Shown here piece after piece: positions 52,862-64,000 of a DNA stretch of 64,000 nt. The notes under the pieces are model-generated. The model saw nothing but the letters and a program-made list of their open reading frames with translations, was not told where the DNA came from and made no database searches. This stretch comes from Octopus vulgaris. Taxonomy: Eukaryota. Location of the stretch: contig OX597814.1 in assembly GCA_951406725.2 (NCBI GenBank), forward strand, positions 124,186,001 to 124,250,000, given 5' to 3'. How positions within the stretch are numbered: position 1 is the stretch's first letter; each line of letters starts with the position of its first letter. The translations under genes and the position numbers were made by a program.

Positions 52862-54430
52862 CTTGTATATAAGCTAAGTACAGAGCTTCTGCCAGTAAAG
52901 TCAGAATTAACCATGAGTATAGAGATGAATTTGATGTACAGGTAAACTTTCAACAAGATTTGGTTCTTGGCACCCTCCTATTCATCACTGTCCTCCAGGC
53001 CATAAAAGAGGAATTCAAGACTGGTTGCCCCTGGGAACTATAATATGCTGATATCCATGTTGGATTCTATAACAGAATTAAAAACAAGATTCTGTAACAG
53101 AACTAGAAACTAGAATTAAGGTGGCGAGCTGGCAGAAACGTTAGCATGACGGGTAAAATGCTTAGTGGGATTCCGTCTGCTGCTACGTTCTGAGTTCATA
53201 TTCCGCCGAGGTTGACTTTGCCTTTCTTCCTTTTGGGGTCGATAAATTAAGTACCAGTTACACACTGGGCTCAATGTAATTGACTTAATCCTTTTGTCCT
53301 GTCCTTGTTTGCCCCCTCTGTGTTTAGCCCCTTGTGGGCAATAAAGAAATAAGAACTAGAAACAAATTCCAGGTGTGGAAGCAAAACCTAGAATCAAAGG
53401 GCCTTAAGGTTAACTTAGCAAAGATTAAGGTCTTAGCTAGCAAGAAAATGAACAGAACCCTACCTTCATCAGATAAATGACCCTGCTCAATATGTAGAAA
53501 AGGTATAGACAAGAACTCCATATGGTGTATCCAGTGCAAGCTATGGACACAAAAGAGGTGCAGTGGAATAACAGGAAGGTTATCAGAGAAAGTAGTGTTC
53601 ATATGTGGAAGATGCACAGAAGCCATAAAAACTACAGTTACTCAGGAAATCAATTTTCTCAAATGCTTTGGAGGTTCTTTAGAGGTAGTGGATAGTTTCT
53701 GTCACCTAAGGGACCTAATTAGCTGCGGAGGAGGATGCACAAAAATTGTAATCACTAGAATAAGAACGGGATGGAGTAAATTCAGAGAGCTTTTACCTTT
53801 GTCGGCAACCAATGGCCTCTATCTCAAAGTGAAAGGAAGATTGTATACGCATGTATATGAACAACAATATATATATATGATAGCTTCTGTTGCGGGTGCG
53901 CTGAAAGTGTAACTACTAGAGTAAGAATAGCCTGGGCAAAGTTCAGAGAGCTCTTACCTCTGCTGGTGACATAAGGCCTCTTGCTCAGAGTAAAAGGCAG
54001 ATTGTATGACGCATGTGTATGAACAGCTATGCTTCATGGCAGTGAAACATGGGCCATGACTGATGAGGATATGCGTAAGTTTTCAAGAAATGAAGCCAGT
54101 ATGCTCCGATGGATGTGTAATGTCAGTGTTCATACTCGACAGAGTGTAAGTACTTTGAGAGAAAAGTTGGACCTAAGAAGCATCAGTTGTGGTGTGCAAG
54201 AGAGACGTTTGTGCTGGTATGGTCATATGGCGAGAATAGATGAAGATAGTTGTGTGAAAAAGTGCCACATCCTAGCGGTTGAGGGAACCTGTGGAAGAGG
54301 TAGACCCAGGAAAACCTGGGATGAGGTGGTGAAGCACGACCTTCAAACTTTAGGTCTCACTGAGGAAATGACTAGAGACCGAGACCTATGGAAGCATGCT
54401 GTGCGTGAGAAGACCCGGCAGGACAAGTGA
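52862..54430 (+). mobile_element. RTE-clade LINE 3' portion (two juxtaposed copies, with a SINE inserted at ~53119-53352)
   Basis: LLFITVLQAI.EEFKTGCPWEL.YAD, a Cys-rich insert, LEVVDSFCHL, RI..WSKFRELLPL (present twice), then MLHGSETW..RRLCWYGH..GRGRPRKTW..DRDLW ending at stop 54430. Confidence 0.9.
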
Positions 54431-55745
54431 GGCCATAATCTCGTGGCCTACACCTGGGATATAGCCAGCCCACTTATGCATTCCTTTCCTTCTTGGGACA
54501 CAAAACTCCACTTGTGAAGACCTGTTGAGGCAAGTGAAAATCAAAATCAAAATCAAAATCGTAATCTACCAACATCAATGGAATTTGTAGCTGTGATACC
54601 AGTGCCGGTGGCACGTAAGAGAACAATCCGAATGTGGCCGTTGCCAGCGCCACCTGACTGGCCTCCGTGCCGGTGGCACGTAAAAAGCACCATCCGACTG
54701 TGGCTGTTGCCAGCTTCGTCTGGTCCCCGTGCCGGTGGCCTGTAAAAAGCACCATCCGACTGTGGCCGTTGCCAGCCTTGTCTGGTCCCCGTGCCGGTGG
54801 CATGTAAAAAGCACCATCCGATCATGGCCGTCTGCCAGCCTCGTCTGGCACCTGTGCCGGTGGCACGTAAAAAGCACCCACTACACTCACGGAGTGGTTG
54901 GTGTTAGGAAGGGCATCCAGCTGTAGAAACACTGCCAGATCAGACTGGGCCTGGTGCAGCCTTCTGGCTTCCCTGACCCCAGTTGAACCGTCCAACCCAT
55001 GCCAGCATGGAAAGCAGACGTTAAATGATGATGATGATGATGATGATATATATATATATGCCAGTGGCACATAAAAAGCACCAACCAATCGTGGCCGCTG
55101 CCAGCCTCCCCTGGCACCTGTGCCGGTGGCACGTAAAAAGCACCCACTACACTCACAGAGTGGTTAGCGTTAGGAAGGGCATCTAGCTGTAGAAACTCTG
55201 CCAGATGAGATTGGAGCCTGGTGCAGCCATCTGATTCACCAGTCTTCAGTCAAATCGTCCAACCCATGCTAGCACGGAAAACGGACATTAAACGATGATG
55301 ATGATATATATATATATCAAATTTGCAAATTCGATGACTGGCCTCATGCCAATGGAGCACGAAGAGCACCATCTGAGCATGATTGCTGCCAGAGCAGCCG
55401 ACTGGTTTCTGTGCCAGTGGCACGTAAAAAGCGCCATTCAAACATGTTCATTAACACCTTTGCCTTACTGGCTTCCGTGCTGGTGGCATGTGAAAAACAT
55501 TTAAGTGAGATCGTTGCCGGTGCCACTGGACTGGCTCCTGTGCTGGTGGCACGTAAAAAACACCACTTGAGCATGGACGTTGCCAGCACCACTTACACTC
55601 TTGGAGTGGTTGGAATTAGGAAGGGCATCTAGCTGTAGAAACTCTGCCAGATCAGATTGGAGCCTGGTGCATCAGTCTTCAGTCAAATCGTCCAACCCAT
55701 GCTAGCATGGAAAGAAGACATTAAACGATGATGATGATGATGATG
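54431..55745 (+). repeat. RTE 3' UTR with tandem ~62-65-bp units plus three stacked (GAT)n-tailed 3' ends
   Basis: GTGCCGGTGGCACGTAAAAAGCACC-type units start at 54602, 54667, 54729, 54791 and 54854. The tail ...GGAAGGGCATCCAGCTGTAGAAAC...GTTAAACGATGATGAT recurs at ~55020, 55290 and 55720. Confidence 0.85.
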
Positions 55746-55938
55746 ATGATATATGATATTATAATTCTTTCTTACAAAATATATAGAACTGTTTAAGAAG
55801 TGCTTTGGTTGAACCTGAAACAAAGGATAAGAATTAAAATAAATGCTCAAATTAGGCAATCAACTTCTTTTATTGAAATAAAAAATTTTATTATATAAAA
55901 TAAAAAGTTGATTGCTTAATTTGAGCTATTTTAATTCT

Positions 55939-55972
<34 letters not shown>

Positions 55973-56140
55973 TATCATCACAACCACTCTCATCAGCAAA
56001 TCACTTTACCACTAGTATTCTTTTCCTCATTATCATTTGTTTTACCTTCCTTTCGATCATCATCATCATCATTGTTGTCGTCGTTGTCGTCATCATCATT
56101 ATTGTCTTTACATTCATTTCTCCCTATTGATTCATTTCAG

Positions 56141-56228
56141 AAAACACCAGAAGAAGACTATGGACAGGTGGCTCTTAAAGCTGGTTACATATCAGAAACA
56201 CATGGCTATGTCACTATATATGTGAAAG
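56141..56228 (+). CDS. BAIAP3: BAIAP3/Munc13-4-family protein, exon D (start of C2B)
   Basis: ttcatttcAG acceptor, GTCAGT donor at 56229. 88 nt, phase 0-1. Encodes KTPEEDYGQVALKAGYISETHGYVTIYVK(G), the first two C2 beta strands. The trailing G + TA of exon E gives Val. Confidence 0.8.
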
Positions 56229-59025
56229 GTCAGTATTAATACTGTTGTTGTTGCCGCACGATATTGATACTGTGAACCTTTACTGTTTAATGTGAGTTAA
56301 TTTGAACTGATTTAAATTTTTAGGTGTTTCTACTATTTAGATTAGTACTCCTAAATATGAGCTGTACTTCCCCTCTCTGGGGGCAGTGGAAAATTTTATA
56401 TGGGTACTGAGGACAAACGAAGTGATAGGGTGGGTGATAATTGCATCTATATAATTTTTGCTGTCTTTGTTTATCAAAATATTGACAGTTAATAATTTTA
56501 ATGTAATATTAAGATAGACTACTTGTTAGCTCAAAAAATATTTTAAAAAATACAGTTATCAGCAATAATAATAGACTTTGAAATGCAAATAAGTAAATAA
56601 ACAAAAGCAAATACATACCACTTAAGCACGTAAATTATGGACAATAAACTAAAGTATAATTTAAAAGAGAGAGTCAGAATTTGTGTCTCCATACATGTAA
56701 TAAAGACAGCCACTGCACCTGTACCATTAGCAGTATGTATATACAAATGTATGTATACCGATGCTGTTAATTCTAGCTTTGTGTGTCATCTTTGATTGCA
56801 TAGTTTGTCCATATGTATAAACAGATATGTGTAAACTTGCAAATGGACAGAGAAATCAGTATGTGAGTGTGTGAATGTATAAAAATTACAGCTACACATC
56901 AAAATACAAAAATGAATTTTAACTGGTAGCTATGGGGGTATAGCTGAAGCACAAAAAATATGTAAATGTGTTTAGCTGAAGCCATGTGCTAAAGTCTTGA
57001 GTCAATAACTAAGATTAAGCATTGATGTGTCAAATATTTGCTTATGGTAGGGTGATGCTGTGGTAAGTAGTCACCCATGTCAAACTAATACCCAGAACTA
57101 AATCAACTGATATTACATGTATGTACATTAAAAATGGGGTGGGATGGGTACGGGGTGGGGGTTAGTTTAAATCTTAGTAGTGGGAACATCGAAAAGTATT
57201 GCTAAAAGAAAAGAGGTGATAGTTTAAAAGATTTTGAGAAACACTAATTATGACCAACAGCAGTTTGGTCTTGCCCTTTACTCAAAAACCCCCACATGGT
57301 CGCTCAGCTTGCTAGAAATAGAAGCCAAATTTTCTGCAGATTTCATGCTTCCATCTTAAAAAGGATGACATAGTTATGGAAGGTATCCTTTTATCATAGC
57401 TCTACGCAGTCATGGAAGCAAAACCTAGAATAGTCATGGGTAGTGAAGGTGTGTGGCTTAGTGGCTAGGGCATTTGGCTCATGAGCATAAGGTCGTGTGT
57501 TCAATTCCCAGCAACACATGTTCTTGAGCAAGACATTTTATTTCATGTTGCTCCTGTCCACTCAGCTGGCAAAATGAGTAGTGCCTGTATTTCAAAGAGC
57601 CAGCCTTGTCAGACTGTGTGTCACACTGAATCTCCCTGAGAACTACTTTAAGGGTACACGTGTCTATGGAGTGCTCAGCCACTTGCACGTTAAGTTTATG
57701 AGCAAGCTGTTCCGTTGATTGTATCAGCTGGGACTCTCGTTGTCATAACTGATGGAGTGCTCCTACACAGTCATGGGTGATTGGGGACCTGAAGCAAAAC
57801 AACACCAACAACCAGTGGGTTTACTTTTACAATATCTCAGGGTTTCATAACTTATGTCATAATACTGCTGTATTACTACTACTGCTTGTGTTATATGTAA
57901 CTGTTACTACAACTCTCTCTGTAACAACGTAGGAATAAGTGATCTCTGAAGAAGCTTTAACAACAACTGAAACAAGTCAGGAGGATTTCTTATTCTGTTT
58001 CCTCTAAACACACAAATACACACTCACACACACACACATGCACATATGCTAGCACACATATGCACACACACACACACACACAAAATGACTGTGGTTTCAC
58101 TATTAAGTCTCTATTTTCACAAGGAAGATAAATTTGTGATTACAACTCATCATTATAAATTGCTTCTTTCAATTAAATAATCAATTAATCTAGATTACCA
58201 ACTGTTGCACTCATATGCAAATTAGACAAACCAATTTAATTCTGTCTAAGTGTGCATATATCATAAATAGCCATAAGCCACTACTGTGTCTGTGTCTGAG
58301 AATGAGTAATGAATTTCTGTTGAATCCTTAAAGTGCTGAAACCAGTCAGTTCAATATCATCATCGTTGTTTAACGTCCGCTTTCCATGCTAGCATGGGTT
58401 GGACGATTTGACTGAGGACTGGCGAACCAGATGGCTGCACTAGGCTCCAATCTGATCTGGCAGAATTTCTACAGCTGGATGCCCTTCCTAATGCCAATCA
58501 CTCCAAGAGTGTAGTGGGTGCTTTTACGTGCCACCGGCACGTAGGCCAGTCTGGCAGTACTGGCAACAGCCACGTTCAAATGGTGCTTTTTATGTGCCAC
58601 CTACACAGGAGCCAGTCCAGCGGCACTGGTAACAACCTCACTTGAATCTTTTTCATGTGCCACCAGTACAAGTGCTAGTAAGGCGACGCAGGTAACAATC
58701 ACGCTCGAATGGCAACGATCTCACTCGTATGGTACTCTTAGTGCTCCACTAGCATGGATGCCAGTCGTTGAATTTGATTTTGCTTTCGATTTCAATACCC
58801 ATTTTTTTTTTTTACTGCAGAGAGAACAACCTGTGGTTATTTGCTTTTTCACAGTACGGATAAACCTGTTTATTGCACCCAAATCACAGCTAAAAGAAAA
58901 AAAAAAAAACATATTTTAAAGTTACCTTATATTTTTTTGTCATTCTGCCACTATGTTATGCTTCTGCTAATATATATGTATGTACATCTATCTATCTATA
59001 CAGTTATATTCATACAACAGGCCTG

Positions 59026-59067
<42 letters not shown>

Positions 59068-59208
59068 TGTATGTGTGTGAGAGAGATTTATTGACATACT
59101 GTGGCAGTATATATTTTACATACGATGTTGCTTTACTGTATTCATGAACAGACATAAATATTTATGTATCTATTTCTCTCTCTCTTTCTTTCTCTCTTCC
59201 ATTATAAG

Positions 59209-59257
<49 letters not shown>

Positions 59258-60652
59258 TGTGTGTGTGTGTGTGTGCATATGTGTGCGCATGTGTGTATGT
59301 GTGTGATATTTCCTACTGAAACTATTTCAGTCATCACCTCCAGTGATTGTTCCTTAGATATTTTGCGTGTCTCCAATTTGAAATCGAAAAAACAGAAAAA
59401 TAAGTATAAATAATATTAATATTTTCAGTTCTGGAAAATAAAATTGGATTCCTTTGTTAGTTATTTGTAAAAAAAAAAAAACCAAAAACAAAACAAAACA
59501 AAACAAAACAAAATAATCAAAAACTTTAGAGATGAAACCTTTAGAAATGGATTGTTTAATTTGAAAACCAAAGTCAATTTCCTTACCTTAACACTTCCCA
59601 CCTGTTTGGTTTTTGCTTATATTACTACATAAAATCTGACTTTGAAAATAATATACATTTGCTCCCTTTGACAATTTTTCAATGAAAACTGCAAATAATC
59701 TTACCATTTTTTGTACACTATTAGTTCAAAAAGAGTATTTCTGTGAAGAGATGTGTTAATATATGGTTTTTTCAATGTTTTCGTCTAGACAAAAGGATCG
59801 TATGCATGATCTTGAGAGGTCCTCCAAGACAGGTGGAATTAATGTTTTAATGTTTTTCTTGTGAAGCTGCAAGTTGATGAGGGTAGGGGCAAAAGATGAG
59901 CTGGGAGAGAATTTCAGAGGGCCAATGTTCTAAAGTTGGAGGGAAGGAATAGAGAAAGTGGTTAGTGTGAGTGATAGACGGTGGGTGGGTGGGGGGATGG
60001 TGGTGAATGTAAGAGTGATGAGAGATGGAGGTGGAGAGAGTTCAGCCTGCCTGAGTGGAGGTGGAGAGGAAAAAAAATACAGAGAAATGGGTTCAACATG
60101 AGTGAGTGGAGGTGGTATGAGACCAACCAGTTCAGCTTCTCAGAAGCTACTGTATTTGCTGTAGAAATGGTAGAATGGGGGAACGGAGGCTGGAAGGAGA
60201 TGGTGAGTGATTTCTTACTGGCCAATCGGGTGGCCTTTTGATGGTGATGGCAGTGGTAATGGTGGTGGTGGGGATGTGGCTGAGAATGCATGTTTGCATG
60301 TAATCCTTAGTGTGCATGTGTGTGTGTATGGGTGTGTGGGTGTGTGTGAGTGCATGCATTTGTGTGTCTGTGAGTGTATGAGTTTGTGAGTGCATGTGTT
60401 TGTGTGTGTGTGTGAGCAATGAAGGTGCATGGCTTGATGGTTAAGAGTATTCAGCTCATAATTATAAGGTCGTGAGTTCAATATCTGGTGTTGCATTTTG
60501 TCATTGAGCAAGACACTTTATTTCACATTGCTCCAGTCCACTTAGTTGGCAATAATGAATTGTATCTGTAATTCAAAGGGCCAGCCTTGTCACATTCTAT
60601 GTCACACCGAATCTCCCTGAGAACTATGTTAAGGGTATGTGTGTCTGTGGAA

Positions 60653-60881
60653 CGGTGAGCTGGTAGAAATATTAGCACACTGGGTGAAATACTTAGCGGT
60701 ATTTCGTCTGCCGCTATGTTCTGAGTTCAAATTCCGCCAAGGTCGACTTTGCCTTTCATCCTTTTGGGGTTGATAAATTAAGTACCAGTTACGCACTGGG
60801 GTCGATGTAATCGACTTAATCCGTGTGTCTGTCCTTGTTTGTCTTCTTTGTATTTAGCCCCTTGTGGGTAGTAAAGAAATA
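60653..60881 (+). mobile_element. SINE family A copy nested in a family D SINE, with 19-bp TSD
   Basis: GGTATGTGTGTCTGTGGAA is duplicated at 60634-60652 and 60882-60900. Confidence 0.85.
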
Positions 60882-61335
60882 GGTATGTGTGTCTGTGGAA
60901 TACTCAGCCACTTGCATGTTAATTTCATGAGCAAGTTGTTCTGTTGACATGGATCAGCTGAAACATTAAGTGTCATAACCGAGTGCCAGTTAGAGAGAGT
61001 GTGTGTGTGTGTGTGTGTGCGCGCATGTGTGGGTAAGTGTATGTGTGGAAGATAGTGAGTTTGCTGTTGTAATTAAAGAGGCCTTGTTTCACAGATTAAA
61101 ATCTGGAAACAGGGGAAGATGTAAATGGCTGCATTAGCTATAACAAGGTCCATGAAAACTCAACAGGGAATTCACTAAGTTCAGTGGCTGTGAAGAGAGA
61201 AGCATCTAATGTTTCAAATATTGACCTTCATCTTGTAAACAAAACCACCAATGATCATGTTAATAATCGAATGAATATTCACCATTCCATATTTAATAAT
61301 TGTCTTGCTATTTCCTGTTCTGTTTCTGTTAACAG

Positions 61336-61498
61336 TAATCAATGCTAAGGATCTTCCGGGCTTGGATACAACAGGATTCAGTGATCCATATGTTGTTATC
61401 ACTCTACAGCCTCGAATGTTATTCCAAAATCTCAGATCACAGAAGACGAAGATTATTACCAGAACTTTGAACCCTGTTTTCAACTCCTCTTTTCAATT
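61336..61498 (+). CDS. BAIAP3: BAIAP3/Munc13-4-family protein, exon E (C2B domain core)
   Basis: gttaacAG acceptor, GTAAGT donor at 61499. 163 nt, phase 1-2. Encodes VINAKDLPGLDTTGFSDPYVVITLQPRMLFQNLRSQKTKIITRTLNPVFNSSFQ, a classic C2 motif with the first two Ca2+-ligand Asp residues and the P..LF....Q.T.....TL.PV signature of BAIAP3/Munc13-4 C2B. Confidence 0.92.
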
Positions 61499-62093
61499 GT
61501 AAGTGAAATTTTATTCCTGTCAGATACCTGTTTATATATGTTCTTTGATCCTACATTATTCCCTTAGGGAATAACATGGAATCGAAGACAAACTTAGTGG
61601 TGCAAAAATAAAGGGTTACATATTACTGTGAAACATAGTCACGTATCACACAATGTTGCGATTATTGTGACAAAAGTGTCAATTAAGAGACATTTCATTT
61701 CTATTTGGTCATTAGTTGCAGGATATCAATTTTCTTTCACCTGTCATTTGATTCTGCAAACAAGATCAGTTTACCTATAGAGATGTAATTTTTTTTTGTT
61801 CAATACTATATGTATGTATGTGTGTGTGTATGAATGTATGTATATATGTTTGTATGTATAAATGTATGTATATGTGCATGTATGTATGTATGTATGTATG
61901 TATGTATGTATGTATGTATGTATGTATGTATATGTGTGTGTGTGCGTGTGTGTTTATGTATGTATGCATGTATTTATATATTTACATATTTATGCATACA
62001 TACATTATATACATGCACACATACATACATACGTATATATATATATTTAGAGGAATATATACATATATATATATATATAAACAAGCTAACACC

Positions 62094-62124
<31 letters not shown>

Positions 62125-62157
62125 ATATATATGTATGTATGCATGCATGTATGTATG

Positions 62158-62202
<45 letters not shown>

Positions 62203-63197
62203 GCATATCTGTATGCATAAATACATTATATTATTATTTATAATACATTATGTCATTATTGTTTATGTGTTCTTTGAAACATTGTACTGTTTATTTTGGA
62301 AGAATATTTGAAAGAGCAGACATGCTAAGTACCAAATAAACATTATTTTTCTCTTTTAGCATATTGGAGAAAAAAATAAAGATATGAAAAATTTACAAGA
62401 CCAAGATTACATCTTCAATTCTAGTTACATCTACCTATTCTTTGAAAAGGTTGGGGTGGGGAATCTCAGTTATATAATTTCTGTTTTTCAGAGGAAATAT
62501 TTATACATTTCAAGCAGAATGATTCTAAACACATAATCTACCTAATGTCACTCATATTAAACGCGTGTTAAATTCCACCTAATACTCACACTAAACACAT
62601 ACTGTGCAAAATAGCAGAGCAGCCATATTAAGCACATATGTTAGTATGTGCCAGATACTGGCATGCATTCCAGTATCAGTGTCATATTTTTGCTGATTAA
62701 CATCTACTTACACACAGGGTTTACTACTTGCTAGTTTCTTCAATCAAGTGCCTCAGTTATGGGTCATGTTGTAAATAAAGATCCTTTGGCTTAGGCATAT
62801 ATGAAATAAAATAGGGCTTGGCCCCTAGACATATGTCATACCAGCTCAGAGATGTGTAGATATGATCTAATGTCATATGAGTCAGTCCCTCTGTTTAAGG
62901 ATTAAATAACCCCATACCTCAGAGATAAGCTTGGGAGAGTAAACTACAAGTATAGTAGCAGGTAGAATTCTTAGCATGTCGGACTAAATGCTTAGCAGCA
63001 TTTCTTCTTTGTTCTGGGTTCAAATCTCATAGAAGTTAATTTTTTCTTTCACCCCTTCAGGGTCAAAAATTATAAAGGACCACTCAAATACAAGGACTGA
63101 TGCAACTGACTTCTCTCTTCCCCTTAAAATTGCTAGCCTTGAATTCTGCAAAGAACAGGCATCCTGTTGAAGGGAATGCCATGTTCTTGATCATTTA

Positions 63198-63821
63198 TGA
63201 GGGGGTGCTCTTTTACTCTTTTACTTGTTTCAGTCATTTGACTGTGGCCATGCTGGAGCACCACCTTTAGTCAAGCAAATCGACCCCAGGACTTATTTTT
63301 TGTAAGCCTAGTACTTATTCTATCGTTCTCTTTTGCCGAACTGCTAAGTTACAGGGACATAAACACACCAGTATCGATTGTCAAGCAATGAGGGGGGGGA
63401 CAAACACAGACACACAAACATACACACACACACACACACACACATACGGCAGGCTTCTTCCAGTTTCCATCTACCAAATCCACTCACAAGGCTTTGGTCA
63501 GCCCGAGGCTATAGTAGAAGACACTTGCCAAAGGTGCTACGCAGTGGGACTGAACCCAGAATCATGTGGTTTGTAAGCAAGCTACTTACCACACAGCCAC
63601 TCCTATGCCTAGTGCTGAAAAGTTCCTGGCTTTGGGTAAAAGAAAATACATAACGATCAGTTAATTATGATTTTATTCAACGTATTCCTCTCCTAGATTC
63701 AAACACTTACTGCAGTGGTCCTTCAGATTTATCAAGCCTTGTAAAAGAAATCGGAAGGTTGAGCCTCCAACCAGGCCTTTTACAACATCCTTAAAGCGAG
63801 GAATTTTTCAGCACCCCATTG
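63198..63821. mobile_element. Mariner-type MITE interrupted by a SINE (63210-63611, - strand)
   Basis: TIRs GAGGGGGTGCTGAAAAGTTCCTGGCTTT (split by the SINE, GTGCT duplicated) and AAAGCGAGGAATTTTTCAGCACCCC, with TA flanks. Confidence 0.7.
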
Positions 63822-64000
63822 TACATGTCATGAAAACCAGGTACCTAGTATTACAAGTCCTAGGGTTCAAGAAAAAAAATGAAAGCAAAAATTGCTAACA
63901 GAAGGTATTGAGAAACCATGGCTGAATCTTTCCCCACAAAATCATGAATCTCCAGATATTAAGTATGGAAATCCATAGTTACCAACACTTGTAAATAATC

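Noticed and set aside
54590-55600. CRISPR-like look of repeated ~25-bp palindromic words separated by ~37-bp linkers
   Set aside because: The linkers are homologous to each other, the repeats are degenerate, the array is the 3' UTR of an RTE LINE in a eukaryotic intron, and there are no cas genes.

Overview
This is AT-rich, microsatellite- and SINE-saturated eukaryotic DNA; the repeat families look like those of an Octopus (coleoid cephalopod) genome, which is an inference from the repeats. Most ORFs in the track are translated microsatellites or SINEs. The real host gene is on the + strand. Five phase-compatible GT-AG exons (3598-3738, 15131-15163, 20643-20798, 56141-56228, 61336-61498) splice into the MHD2/MUN end and first half of the C2B domain of a BAIAP3/Munc13-4-family vesicle-priming protein; the gene continues beyond both window edges. 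The introns hold tRNA-head SINEs, RTE and Dong/R4 LINE fragments, mariner remnants/MITEs, several fold-back inverted repeats and a decayed Penelope-like element (RT + GIY-YIG). The most interesting signal is a set of hand-folded type I hammerhead ribozyme (HHR) motifs concentrated at 21-33.5 kb, some with the compensatory U3-A8 core. One lies in a 2.37-kb element inserted into the Penelope RT. That element is flanked by 130-bp direct repeats, encodes only an ORF1/gag-like CCHC protein with no RT, and shares a two-hairpin terminal motif and the same 3' end point with a neighbouring ~360-nt retrozyme-like unit. It is a candidate undescribed family of ribozyme-bearing, protein-carrying non-autonomous retroelements. 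All alignments and folds were done by eye; no searches were run.
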